A stretch of DNA of 64,000 bases from an uncultured Chloroflexia bacterium (GCA_963850045.1 CAWKJL010000003.1:965288-1029287); one strand, 5' to 3'; positions 1 through 9,952 are shown, counted from the stretch's first letter. Numbers and translations: made by a program. The notes: generated by a model from the letters alone, not told the origin.

Positions 1-385
1 CGGCCAGCGGTGCGGCCGCCGGGCCGGCGCCGGCGCCTGCGGGCGGGGCGGCCACGGCGGCCACGGGTCGCTCATCGGAGCCGGCCGGCCCGTCGGCTGG
101 CACGACCGACGGTTTCGCCGGCGCGGTCGTCGCCGGGGCGGAGGCCTCGTCGCTGGTGTCGATGATCGCGATCTCGGCCTCGTTGGGGACCGTCTCGCCC
201 TCCTGGACCAGGATCTCCTTGAGGATGCCCGCGAACGGCGACGGGACCTCGGCGTTCACCTTGTCGGTGATGACCTCGAGCAGCGGCTCGTACTTATCGA
301 CGTGGTCGCCGGGCTGCTTCAGCCATTTGCCGATCGTGCCCTCGGCGACGCTCTCGCCGAGTTGGGGCATCGTTACCTTGGCCAC
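1..385 (-). CDS. Dihydrolipoamide acyltransferase (E2) of a 2-oxoacid dehydrogenase complex. Only the N-terminal lipoyl domain is present; the rest lies beyond the window start.
   Basis: Absent from the ORF track because it runs off the window. My reverse translation from GTG 385 / ATG 370 gives (VAKVT)MPQLGESVAEGTIGKWLKQPGDHVDKYEPLLEVITDKVNAEVPSPFAGILKEILVQEGETVPNEAEIAIID followed by an Ala/Pro linker. This is a canonical lipoyl domain with the lipoyl-Lys in TDKV. Confidence 0.85.
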   Translation of the reverse strand, partial: MAKVTMPQLGESVAEGTIGKWLKQPGDHVDKYEPLLEVITDKVNAEVPSPFAGILKEILVQEGETVPNEAEIAIIDTSDEASAPATTAPAKPSVVPADGPAGSDERPVAAVAAPPAGAGAGPAAAPLA

Positions 386-487
386 GTTCGCTGGTCCTCC
401 GAGTCGCGTGATCCGATCGAGGCGTGACGCGCCGGTCGTTCCGCGTAGTGTCCCCCATCCGGGCAACGCGGGTCGAGTGGCCGCGAG

Positions 488-3400
488 GTGACGGCCGGGT
501 GGGACGATGGGCATGATGGCGCACATGGACGCGGCGGGAGTCCCCGGGTGACACGCTGGGCTCGGGCGATCGGGATCCGGCGCGGCGAGGGCCGGACCGT
601 GCTCCTCGTCGCGACACTGTTCGCAGCCCTGGAGCTCGGTCGCGGCTTCGGCGAGATCGGCGTCGACACGCTGGTCGTCAAGCGGTTCGGGGCAGGTTCC
701 CTGCCGTACCTGTTCATCGGGCTCGGGACGGTCAGCCTCATCGCGTCGCTGTTCTACGGCGGGGCGCTCGGCCGGCTGCCGCGGATCCGGCTCTTCAGCG
801 GCATCTTCGGCGCGGCGGCCGTCGCGCTGGTGGTCGAGCGAGTCCTGATCGAGACCGGGCATCCGGCGAGCATCGCCCTGGCCTATCTCACGGTCTACGC
901 CGTCGGCGCCATCGCCGTGACCATCGTCTGGACCATGGCCGCGTCGGTGTTCGACGCGCGGCAGGCCAAGCGCCTGTTCCCGCTCTGCACCGGCGCGGCC
1001 ATCGCGGGCAGCTTCGTGGGCACGCTCCTCTCCGGGCCCACGGCGCGGGCGCTGGGCACGCCGTCGCTCCTGGTCATCGAGGCCATCCTGCTGACCGTCG
1101 TCGGGCTGCTCGTCGTCGCGGTCGCGCGGACGACCACGGTGCGAGTGCCGCCGCGCCGGCGCGGCGGGTCGATCGTCGCGGACCTGCGGTTGGGCTTCGA
1201 CTCGGTCATGCGCTCGCCGCTGATGCGCCTGGTCGCGGTGGCCTATGTGCTGCTGGCCATCCTCGCCTCGTCCGTGACCTACCCGTTCATGCAGGCCGCG
1301 TCGGGCACGTTCACGACCGAGGCCGACCTCGCGACCGCCCTGGGCCTCCTGTCGGCGAGCGTGACCGCCACCTCGTTCGTGGTGTCGCTGCTGGTCGCCA
1401 ACCGCGTCTACGCCCGGTTCGGGGTCGCCGGTGCCGCGCTGGTCCTGCCGCTGGTCTACCTGGGCGGGTTCGGCATCTGGATCGTCGCCTTCTCGATGAC
1501 GACCGCCGCCCTCTTCCGGTTCACCCAGCAGACCACCCAGCGTGGGCTGTCGAACGCGGCATGGAGCGCGTTCTATAACGTCGTCCCCTCCGAGCGGCGC
1601 GCACAGGTCCTCGCCTTCAACGACGGCGTGCCCGGCCAGGTCGGGACGATCCTGTCCGGACTGCTGCTGATCGCGGCCGGCTCGGTGCTGGCGAGGGACC
1701 AGGTCTTCTGGCTGGGCGCGGTGACCGCCGTCGCCTGCACGATCGTCGTCGTCGGGATCCGGCGCCGCTATGCGGGGAGCCTGCTCCAGACGCTGCGGGC
1801 CGGGCTCGGCGAGCAGGTCCTCGAGGGTGGGCCGGGCCTCACCGCGCTGACCCGCGATCCCGCGGTCGCCGACGCCCTGGTCCAGGCCCTGGGCGCGCCC
1901 GAGCCCGGCGTGCGCCGGATGTCGGCCTCGCTGCTCGGCCAGACCTCGTCACCCGGGGCGGCGGCAAACCTCGCCGGTGCGCTCGCCGATGACGATCCGA
2001 GCGTCCGCGTCGCCGTGCTCGAGGCGATCGCGACGCTGGGCGGCGATGCCACGGTCGCCGACGCCGTCCGAATGCAGCTGGCGGATCCTGAGCCGATGGT
2101 CCGAGCCGCGGCCGTGCGGACGCTGACCGCGATCGCTGTCCTCGCCGACGACCCCGCCGGCGCCATCCCGGCGGTGACCGGGCTCGCCGACGACGACAGC
2201 CCGGCGGTGCGGGCAGCGGTCGCCAGCTCGATGCTGGCGGGCGGCCACGACGAGGCCTCCGTGCGGGTGATCGAGGAGCTGCTCGAGGACCCGGACGAAG
2301 CGTGCCGGATCGCCGGCCTCGACGCTGTCGGCCGCCTCGGCGACACGGTCCCGCTCGAGCGCGTACGCCCGCTCCTGGTCGACCGGGCGTTCACCGTACG
2401 CGTGGCCGCGCTCGAGGCGCTCACCGGAGCCCGCGATCCGCAAGCGATCGTCCCCGACCTCATCGTCGCGCTGAATGACCCGGTCTCCGACGTCCGGGTC
2501 GCAGCGGCTCGGATCCTCGCTGCCTTCGAGACCGCACCGCCCGGCGTCGTCGAGGTGCTGGCCACCGATTCCGCACGGGCCCAGGCCGCCGCTCTGACGG
2601 CCCTCGTCGGGCACGGCCCGGAGGTCCGCGCGGAGGTCATCGACTGGGCCGGCGGACGGCTGACCCGGGCGAACGATCTCCGGAGAGCGCGCCTCGCGCT
2701 TGGCGACGGCGCCGGCACGGGCTCCGACGCGGACGCCGCGGCCACGCCCGAGACCGCGTTCCTCGCGGCCATCCTCGAGCACCGCGAGCACGACCTCGCC
2801 AACCTCGCGCTCGGCGCCCTGGTCGTGCTCGGCGCGCCGGAGGCCGGTGGCGTGATCCGCCGCTGCCTGCGGTCGCGGGACACCGAGACCCGGGCACAGG
2901 CGATCGAAGCCCTCGAATCGATCGGCGACCCGCGGCTGAGCGGCGCGCTGGTCGGGCTGCTCGAAGAGGCCCCGTCCGCGCCGCAGGATCGCGCTGACGC
3001 GCTGCGCCGACTGGCCGATGATGACGACCCGTGGATCGCGCGCATGGCGCGCACGATCTCGACAGGAGACGCGGACATGCCGGAGACCAGTCGGACGCTC
3101 GGCGACCTCGAGACCATGCTCTTTCTGCGCCGCGTGCCGCTCTTCGAGGGGCTCGACCCCGAGGACCTCCAGCGGATCGCGTCGACCGCGGTCGAGCACG
3201 TCTACCCGGCGGGCGAGGCCCTGGTCCGCGAAGGGGACGTCGGCGACACGCTCATCGTCATCGTGGAGGGCTCGGTCCGCGTCGTGAAGGCCGAACCGGA
3301 CGGCTCCGAGCGCCTGATCCGCACGTACGCCGCGGGCGACCACATCGGCGAGCTCGCGGTGCTGCGCGAGGCCCCGCGTGCGGCGACGGTCCTCGCCGAG

Positions 3401-3520
3401 GCCGACGGCGTCCGCGGGCTCGTGATCGGCGGCGACGGCCTCAAGGCCATCCTGCGCGAGCGACCGGACGCGGCCATGGCCATGCTCGCGACGCTCTCGG
3501 AGCGGATCAGCAGGCAATAG
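488..3520 (+). CDS. Multidomain membrane protein: about 12 TM helices (MFS/TLC-like), HEAT (PBS-lyase type) repeats, and a C-terminal cyclic-nucleotide-binding (CAP_ED) domain.
   Basis: 1010-aa ORF. The N-terminal half is about 12 hydrophobic segments. The middle has at least 7 repeats of the D-x-x-x-VR-x-A-A-x-x-L type (DDDPSVRVAVLEAIATLG, DPEPMVRAAAVRTL, DDDSPAVRAAVASSM and others). The tail LFLRRVPLFEGLDPEDLQRIA...GDHIGELAVLREAPRAATVLA is a clear cNMP-binding fold. The start is uncertain (GTG 548 is an alternative). Confidence 0.8.
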   Translation: MTAGWDDGHDGAHGRGGSPRVTRWARAIGIRRGEGRTVLLVATLFAALELGRGFGEIGVDTLVVKRFGAGSLPYLFIGLGTVSLIASLFYGGALGRLPRIRLFSGIFGAAAVALVVERVLIETGHPASIALAYLTVYAVGAIAVTIVWTMAASVFDARQAKRLFPLCTGAAIAGSFVGTLLSGPTARALGTPSLLVIEAILLTVVGLLVVAVARTTTVRVPPRRRGGSIVADLRLGFDSVMRSPLMRLVAVAYVLLAILASSVTYPFMQAASGTFTTEADLATALGLLSASVTATSFVVSLLVANRVYARFGVAGAALVLPLVYLGGFGIWIVAFSMTTAALFRFTQQTTQRGLSNAAWSAFYNVVPSERRAQVLAFNDGVPGQVGTILSGLLLIAAGSVLARDQVFWLGAVTAVACTIVVVGIRRRYAGSLLQTLRAGLGEQVLEGGPGLTALTRDPAVADALVQALGAPEPGVRRMSASLLGQTSSPGAAANLAGALADDDPSVRVAVLEAIATLGGDATVADAVRMQLADPEPMVRAAAVRTLTAIAVLADDPAGAIPAVTGLADDDSPAVRAAVASSMLAGGHDEASVRVIEELLEDPDEACRIAGLDAVGRLGDTVPLERVRPLLVDRAFTVRVAALEALTGARDPQAIVPDLIVALNDPVSDVRVAAARILAAFETAPPGVVEVLATDSARAQAAALTALVGHGPEVRAEVIDWAGGRLTRANDLRRARLALGDGAGTGSDADAAATPETAFLAAILEHREHDLANLALGALVVLGAPEAGGVIRRCLRSRDTETRAQAIEALESIGDPRLSGALVGLLEEAPSAPQDRADALRRLADDDDPWIARMARTISTGDADMPETSRTLGDLETMLFLRRVPLFEGLDPEDLQRIASTAVEHVYPAGEALVREGDVGDTLIVIVEGSVRVVKAEPDGSERLIRTYAAGDHIGELAVLREAPRAATVLAEADGVRGLVIGGDGLKAILRERPDAAMAMLATLSERISRQ

Positions 3521-3530
3521 CATTCGGTCG

Positions 3531-6186
3531 ATGACCCAGACCGCCGACTCCGGCGACCCCGAGGCACGCGGCCCGCTGCCCGTCGGCACCGTCACGTTCC
3601 TGCGCACCGACGTCGAGGGCTCGATGGCGCTCGCCCGAGCACTGGGCCCGGCGTGGGACGCCGTCAACGCGATCCACCTCGCGATCATCCGTGCGGCCGT
3701 CGCGGCACACGATGGACGCGTGGTTCGAACCGAGGGCGACGCCGTCTTCGCGGTCTTCGCCGAGGCCGGTGCCTCGGTGGCCGCGGGCGTCGAGGCGCAG
3801 CGGGTGCTCATCGCGGAGCCGTGGCCGGGCACGTCGCCGCTCCGGGTGCGGATGGGCCTGCATACGGGCGAGGCGCACCTCGCTGGTGACGACTACGGCG
3901 GCTTCGACGTCAACCGGGCCGCCCGGGTCGCGGCAGTCGGTCACGGCGGCCAGATCGTCCTGTCGGGCCCGACCGCAGACCTGGTCGCGTACGCTCTTCC
4001 TGCCGGCACCTCGCTCAGGGAGCTCGGACGTTTCGTGCTCAAGGACGTGCCGCGCCCCGAGCGCCTCGTCCAGCTCGACGTCGCGGACCTGCCGAGCGAG
4101 TTCCCGCCCCTGCGCGCCGGCCAGGCGACGGTGGGCAACCTGGACGAGCGTCTCACGAGCTTCATCGGGCGCGACCGGGAGTTGGCGGAGCTCGCCGACG
4201 TGGTCGCCACGACGCGCCTCGTGACCCTGACCGGACCGGGCGGGATCGGAAAGTCGAGTCTCGCGGTGGAGGTCGCTCGACAGGTCCAGGGCGGACTACC
4301 CGGACGGCGTCTGGTTCGTCGCGCTCGCCGACCTCGATGACCCAGCCGACGTGATGGGCCACATCGCCCGCTCGCTCGGTTTGTTCGATGGCTCGACCAG
4401 GAGCGCGGCTGAGGCGCTGCCGGGCTTCCTGGCGGAGCGAGCGACGTTCCTGGTCCTCGACAACTTCGAACAGGTGCTCGAAGCGGCGGGCGCCCTCCCG
4501 GGACTCCTCCGGGGAGCGCCAGGCCTGCGCATCATCACGACCAGCCGGGCGCCCCTCCATGTCGCTGGTGAGCAGGAGTACCCGGTCGCGCCGCTCGGTC
4601 GCACGGACCCGGAGGCGGCGGTCCGCCTCTTCGGCGAGCGCGCGCGGGCGGTCCGCCCCGGCTGGGACGCGGGCGATGACACGCCGGTCGTCAGCGAGAT
4701 CTGCGCCCTGCTCGACGGACTGCCACTGGGAGTCGAGCTCGCGGCGGCGCGCGTCAGCCTGCTGCCCCTCCCGTCGATCCGGGACCGGTTGGCCGCGCAT
4801 CTTCCGCTCCCGGGCAGTGGGCCGCGAGACGCACCGGCTCGCCAGCGGACGCTCGACGGAGCCGTCGCCTGGAGCCACGACCTGCTCGAGCCCCGGCTCC
4901 AGGGGATCCTCGGACGGTTGTCGGTCTTCGAGGGCGGGTTCGCCGACGAGCAGGCCGCGATGGTCGCGGCCGGCGACGACCACGCCGACCTCCTCGACGA
5001 TCTGGCCGCCCTCGTCGACCAGAGCCTCGTCGAGCGCGATCCCACCAGCCCGGGGGTCAGGTTCCGCCTGCTGGAGACCGTCCGATCCTTCGCAGCAGGA
5101 CGGCTTGCCGCGACTGGGACCGCCGACGCCACCCGCCGGCGCCACGCTGACGCATTCCTGGCCCTGGCCGGCGAGGCCAAACGTCACGAGGCCACGATGG
5201 CCCGAGCGATGTGGCTCGAACGCCTGGCGTCCGACGAGGCCAATCTCCGCGCGGCCGTCCGGTGGTGCGTGGACGCCGGCGAGGCCGAACTGGCGCTTCG
5301 GTTCGTCGGCGACCTGTGGCGGTTCTGGCAGGCGGACGGCCGACTGGCAGAGGGGCGCGTCCTCGCGACCCGCGTCCTCGAGATGCCCGGCTCCGAGGCC
5401 CCGAAGCTCGCCCGGATGTGGGCGCTCGGCGCCGCCGGCAGCCTCGCCTACTGGCAGGCCGACCTGGCCGCGACCCGCACGCTGTACCAAGAGCAGGTCG
5501 AACTCGCCCGGACGCTCGAGGACGATCGCGGGCTCGCGGACGCGCTGTTCAACCTGGCCCATGTGGACCTCCTCGACCAGAGCGACCCGAGCGCGGGACG
5601 CCGCAGCATCGAGGAGGCGCGGCAGCGGTACCGCGCTCTCGGCGACGAGAGAGGAGCAGCTCGGACGGACTGGGCGCTCGGGAATGCCGACATGGAAGCC
5701 GGCGACATCGAGTCGGCGCTTGCGATCTTCCGGGCCAGTCGTGACCGGTTCGTCGCGCTGGGCGATCCCCAATACACGCACATGGCGGCAGCGAGCCTCG
5801 CCTGGGCCGAGTTCCGCGCCGGCGACCAGACGGCAGCCGCACGTTGGGCACTCACCGGGTTGCATGAGGCATACGCGACCCACGACCTCGCGACGGCCAC
5901 GATCTCGCTGCACATCGGCGTGCTGGTCGCCGTGATGTTCGGGCAACCGGAGGTGGCGGCTCGCTTGACCGGCGCCTTCGATGCGAGCTGCGAGCGCTAT
6001 GGCGTCCGACCACCAGCGGCACTCGAACGCTTCCTGAAGGTGACCGACCCGTTCGGGATGGCGCGTCAGTCCCTGTCACCCGCCGCCTGGGACCTGGCCT
6101 ATGGCGCGGGTCGGCGGATGACGCTCGGTGAGGCGGTCGACCTCGCGACGTCGATGGCGCCATCCGACGTCCGATCGACGTCTTGA
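3531..6186 (+). pseudogene. Class III adenylate/guanylate cyclase domain + STAND/NB-ARC-like P-loop NTPase + TPR region. One gene split by a net +1 frame disruption near 4289-4296.
   Basis: ORF 3531-4340 has cyclase motifs (VTFLRTDVEGSMAL, RTEGDAVFAVF, VRMGLHTGE, DYGGFDVNRAARV) and then Walker A LTGPGGIGKSSL. The next frame continues seamlessly as YPDGVWFVALADLDDPADVMGHIARSLGL, then Walker B FLVLDNFEQV and IITTSRAPL (ORF 4351-6186), followed by TPR-like helices. Confidence 0.8.
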
Positions 6187-6222
6187 TCCGGGCCGCCCGC
6201 GGCGAGCTTCCGGGTCGCCGGC

Positions 6223-7206
6223 TCAGTAGGCGGCGAGCTTGCGGATCCCCGCCGCGATCTTCTCGGGGTCGACCATGAACCAGTCCTCCAGGACGTGGTT
6301 GTACGGGACGCCCGGGACCTCGGGGCCGGCGATCCGCGTCACCGGGCCGTCGAGGTAGTCGAAGGCCTCCTCGGCGACGATCGCGGCCACCTCGGCGCCG
6401 TAGCCGCCGAACTTGTTGTCCTCGTAGACGATCAGGCACTTGCCGGTCTTGCGGACGCTGTCGAGCACGGTCTCGCGGTCGAGCGGGCGGAGCGTCCGCA
6501 GGTCGATGACCTCGACGCTGATCCCGTCCTCCGCCACGCGGTCCGCCGCCTCGAGGGCGTAGTGGGCCATCAGCCCGTACGCCACCACCGTCACCTGCGA
6601 GCCCGGGTGGGTGACCGCGGCCCTGCCCAACGGGATGACGTAGTCCGTGTCCGGCACCTCGCCACGGACCGAGCGGTACATCTTCTTGTGCTCGAAGAAG
6701 AGCACCGGGTCGTCGTCGCGGATGGCCGAGCGCAGCAGGCCGCGCGCGTCGTACGGGGTGGATGGCACCACCACCTTGAGGCCCGGAACGTGGGTGAAGA
6801 ACGCCTCGACGCTCTGCGAGTGGTAGAGCGCGCCATGGACGCCACCGCCGTACGGGGCGCGGATCGTCATCGGGACGCTGTAGCCGTTGTTCGAGCGATA
6901 GCGCATCCGGGCCGCCTCGGACACGATCTGGTTGAAGGCCGGATGGATGAAGTCCGCGAACTGGATCTCGGCGACCGGCCGAAGCCCGTTCACCGCCGCC
7001 CCGATCGAGGCGCCCACGATCATCGACTCGGTCAGCGGCGTGTCGATGACCCGCTCCTCGCCGAACTCGGCCCACAGGCCGTCGGTCGCCAGGAACACGC
7101 CGCCCTTCTTGCCGACGTCCTCGCCGAGCACGATGACCGACTCGTCGCGACGCATCTCCTCGGCGAGCGTCTCGCGGATGGCGTCGATGAACGTGCGGGT
7201 CGGCAT
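6223..7206 (-). CDS. 2-oxoacid (branched-chain/pyruvate/acetoin type) dehydrogenase E1 component, beta subunit
   Basis: 327 aa. The stretch TFIDAIRETLAEEMRRDESVIVLGEDVGKKGGVF...VIDTPLTESMIVGASIGAAVNGLRPVAEIQFADF is the typical transketolase-like E1 beta sequence. The start codon shares base 7206 with the E1 alpha stop (7206-7208). Confidence 0.95.
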   Translation of the reverse strand: MPTRTFIDAIRETLAEEMRRDESVIVLGEDVGKKGGVFLATDGLWAEFGEERVIDTPLTESMIVGASIGAAVNGLRPVAEIQFADFIHPAFNQIVSEAARMRYRSNNGYSVPMTIRAPYGGGVHGALYHSQSVEAFFTHVPGLKVVVPSTPYDARGLLRSAIRDDDPVLFFEHKKMYRSVRGEVPDTDYVIPLGRAAVTHPGSQVTVVAYGLMAHYALEAADRVAEDGISVEVIDLRTLRPLDRETVLDSVRKTGKCLIVYEDNKFGGYGAEVAAIVAEEAFDYLDGPVTRIAGPEVPGVPYNHVLEDWFMVDPEKIAAGIRKLAAY

Positions 7207-8237
7207 CAGGGCAGCACCGGCAGGTCGGGGTCGATCGCGTAGACGTAGCGCATCGCCGTCGCGGGATCCGGGTCGGGCTCCGCCTCGGCGTGGTCCGTGG
7301 CGTCGTCGACGGCGGCCTTGATCTCGGCCCCGAGTCGCGCCTCGATCTCGTCGGTCAGCACCCCCCCGCCGCGGAGCTGCTCGCGGAAGCGCGGCAGCGG
7401 ATCGCGCTCGCGCTCGGCCGTCAGCTCCTCGGCGGAGCGGTACTTGGTCTGCTGGTCGTCGGACGAATGCGCGGTCAGGCGCGTCACCTTCGCCTCGATC
7501 AGGGTCGGCCCGTCGCCGGCGCGCGCCCGGGCGACCGCATCGCGGGCCGCCGCGTAGCAGCCCAGGACGTCGACGCCGTCCACGACGACACCGGGGATGC
7601 CATAGCCGGCCGCCCGGTCCGCGACGTCCTCGACGGAGACCTCCATCGCCGCCGGGACGCTGATGGCGTACCCGTTGTTCTCGACCACGAACACGAACGG
7701 CAGCTTGTGGATCGCCGCGAAGTTGAGGCCCTCGTGGACGTCGCCCTGGTTCGACGAGCCCTCCCCCATCGAGGTCATCGCGACCTGGCCGGTCTTGCGG
7801 ATCTTGGCCGCGAGCGCGATCCCGACCGCATGCAGGAGCTGGGTCGCGACCGGCGAGCTGACGGAGAGGAGGTTGTGCTCACGCGAGCCGTAGTGACCGG
7901 GCATCTGGCGCCCGCCCGACGACGGGTCGCTCGCGGTCGCGTACTGCGCGGTCATGATGTCCCGCGCGCTCATCCCGAACGTGAGGCAGGTCGCGATCGA
8001 GCGGTAGAACGGTGCGATCCAGTCGTGCCCCTTCTCGAACGCCATGGCGATGCCGACCTGCGCACCCTCGTGGCCCTGGCCGCTGATCACGAAGGGGATC
8101 CGACCGGCCCGGTTGAGGATCCACATCCGCTCGTCGACGGCGCGCGCCAGCGCGACCAGCCGGTACATCTCGACCAGGTCGGCGTCGGTCAGGCCGACCG
8201 AGTCGGCGAGCGCGGATGCTCCCCGGGTCACCGCCAT
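7206..8237 (-). CDS. 2-oxoacid dehydrogenase E1 component, alpha subunit (TPP-dependent)
   Basis: 343 aa. It carries the TPP-binding region GEGSSNQGDVHEGLNFAAIHKLPFVFVVENNGYAIS and lies immediately upstream of E1 beta on the same strand. Confidence 0.95.
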   Translation of the reverse strand: MAVTRGASALADSVGLTDADLVEMYRLVALARAVDERMWILNRAGRIPFVISGQGHEGAQVGIAMAFEKGHDWIAPFYRSIATCLTFGMSARDIMTAQYATASDPSSGGRQMPGHYGSREHNLLSVSSPVATQLLHAVGIALAAKIRKTGQVAMTSMGEGSSNQGDVHEGLNFAAIHKLPFVFVVENNGYAISVPAAMEVSVEDVADRAAGYGIPGVVVDGVDVLGCYAAARDAVARARAGDGPTLIEAKVTRLTAHSSDDQQTKYRSAEELTAERERDPLPRFREQLRGGGVLTDEIEARLGAEIKAAVDDATDHAEAEPDPDPATAMRYVYAIDPDLPVLP

Positions 8238-8301
8238 CGGACCGATGGGCCTCCTCGTGTCGTCGACCGTCGTGGCGCCGGAGCTCGCGACGCCGTTCGC
8301 A

Positions 8302-9744
8302 TCAGAAGTTGATCGACTGCCCGTCGACGGCCATCGCGGCCTCGCCGACGACCTCGGAAAGGGTCGGGTGTGGATGTGTCGCCCGGCCGATCTCCCACGG
8401 GGCGGCCTCGAGCGTGAACCCGAGACTGGCCTCGGCGATCAGGTCGGTCGCGTGCGGGCCGATGAGGTGGACGCCGATCGTGTCGCCGGTCGTCGTGTCG
8501 GCGATGACCTTGGCGAAGCCCTCGTACTCGCCCCCGATGATCGCCTTGGCGATCGCCTGGAACGGGACCTTGCCGACCTTGTACGGGGTGCCCGCGGCCT
8601 TGACCTGCTCCTCGGTCAGCCCGATCGAGGCGATCTCCGGGCGGCAGTAGGTCGCCCGCGGCTGGGCCGCGTAGTCCATCTCGTGGACGTCCTTCTCGCC
8701 GGCGATCGTGTGCGCCGCGGTGATCCCCTCGTGGGCCGCGGTGTGGGCGAGCCACAGCCCGCCGATCGCGTCGCCGATGGCGTAGACGTGGGGCTCCTTC
8801 GTCCGCATGTGGCCGTTCGTCTTGATCACGCCCCGGTCCGTCTCGACCTTGGTGGTCTCGAGGCCGATGTCCTCGATGTTGGCGGCGCGTCCCGTGGCGA
8901 CGAGCATCAGCTCCGCCCGGAGCTCGGCCGGCTCCTTGCCCTCCGGCCCGACCATCACGCAGATCCCGTCCTGGTCGGACGTCACCGACGCCGGGTCGAA
9001 GCGGGCGTTGGTCATGACCGTGATGCCGCGCTTCGTGAAGCTGCGCTCGAGGACCTTGCTGACCTCGCCGTCCTCGAGTGGCACGATCGCGGGCAGGTAC
9101 TCGAGCACCGTGACCTTGACGCCGACATCGTGGAACATCGAGGCGAACTCGACCCCGACCGCACCGGCGCCGACGATGACGATGTCCTTCGGCAGCGAAT
9201 CCATCCGGAGGACGTCGTCGCTGGTGACGATGCGCTTGCCGTCCGGGGTGAGCCCCGGGAGCGACTTCACCCGCGACCCGGTCGCGATGATCACGTCCGT
9301 GGCGTTCAGGACGCGATCGCCGCCCTTGCCGGGCGTCCCGTCCTCGCCGGGCTGGCTGACCCGGATCTTGCCCGGCCCGTCCAGGCGGCCGCGGCCTTCG
9401 ATCCAGGTCACCTTGTTCTTGTCGATGAGGGTCTTGAGCCCGGTCCACATGCGCTTGACCACGGCATCGCGGCGGGCCGCCATCGCGGCGTAGTCGACGA
9501 CGGCCTCACCCGGCAGGTTCAGGCCGTAGTCCTTGGCGTGCCGGATGCGATCGGCGAACGCGGCCAATTCGAGGAGGGCCTTGGTCGGGATGCACCCGCG
9601 ATGGAGGCATGTCCCCCCGATCTTGTCCTGGTCGACGAGCGCGACCTTCAGGCCGAGCTGGGCGGCACGGAACGCCGCCGTGTACCCGCCGGTGCCCGCG
9701 CCGAGCACGACGAGGTCGAAGTCATTGGAAGAGCCGACGGCCAT
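8302..9744 (-). CDS. lpdA: Dihydrolipoyl dehydrogenase (E3)
   Basis: 480 aa. FAD-binding motif DLVVLGAGTGGY, redox-active disulfide GGTCLHRGCIPTK, and a C-terminal HAHPTLSE-type interface motif (THPHPTLSE). Confidence 0.95.
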   Translation of the reverse strand: MAVGSSNDFDLVVLGAGTGGYTAAFRAAQLGLKVALVDQDKIGGTCLHRGCIPTKALLELAAFADRIRHAKDYGLNLPGEAVVDYAAMAARRDAVVKRMWTGLKTLIDKNKVTWIEGRGRLDGPGKIRVSQPGEDGTPGKGGDRVLNATDVIIATGSRVKSLPGLTPDGKRIVTSDDVLRMDSLPKDIVIVGAGAVGVEFASMFHDVGVKVTVLEYLPAIVPLEDGEVSKVLERSFTKRGITVMTNARFDPASVTSDQDGICVMVGPEGKEPAELRAELMLVATGRAANIEDIGLETTKVETDRGVIKTNGHMRTKEPHVYAIGDAIGGLWLAHTAAHEGITAAHTIAGEKDVHEMDYAAQPRATYCRPEIASIGLTEEQVKAAGTPYKVGKVPFQAIAKAIIGGEYEGFAKVIADTTTGDTIGVHLIGPHATDLIAEASLGFTLEAAPWEIGRATHPHPTLSEVVGEAAMAVDGQSINF

Positions 9745-9907
9745 GGGTCAGGGTGCCTCGGATAGCCGGCGGTCCAGCGGCCCCGATCGGTCGTCGACGG
9801 GCCGGACGGTCGGAAGGATCATGGAGGTCGATGGTACGCGTGCCGTCGAGCGTCCCGCAACCGTCGGGCTGCCCGCTCCGGCGGGTCGAGCCGGGGCGAC
9901 CCGGTGC

Positions 9908-9913
9908 TAGACT
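9908..9913 (+). promoter_or_regulatory. Candidate -10 box TAGACT upstream of plsY
   Basis: A TANNNT hexamer sits 39 nt upstream of ATG 9953, with AGGAG before the start codon. I found no clear -35 element. Pattern match only. Confidence 0.25.
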
Positions 9914-9952
9914 CCGCCCTTCGGGCGTCCGCCCCCACGAACAGGAGCCTCG

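Noticed and set aside
1949-3832. Long antisense or alternative-frame ORFs in the track. Examples are 1949-3832(-) 627 aa, 4162-5946(-) 594 aa, 8044-9765(+), 14963-16576(-), 17589-19565(+), 20933-22504(-), 26896-28065(-), 28044-29594(-), 42993-45218(-) and 60778-63300(+).
   Set aside because: They are Arg/Pro/Gly/Ala-rich with no recognisable motifs. Each lies opposite to, or out of frame with, a gene that has clear family signatures. Long stop-free shadow frames are expected at this GC content.
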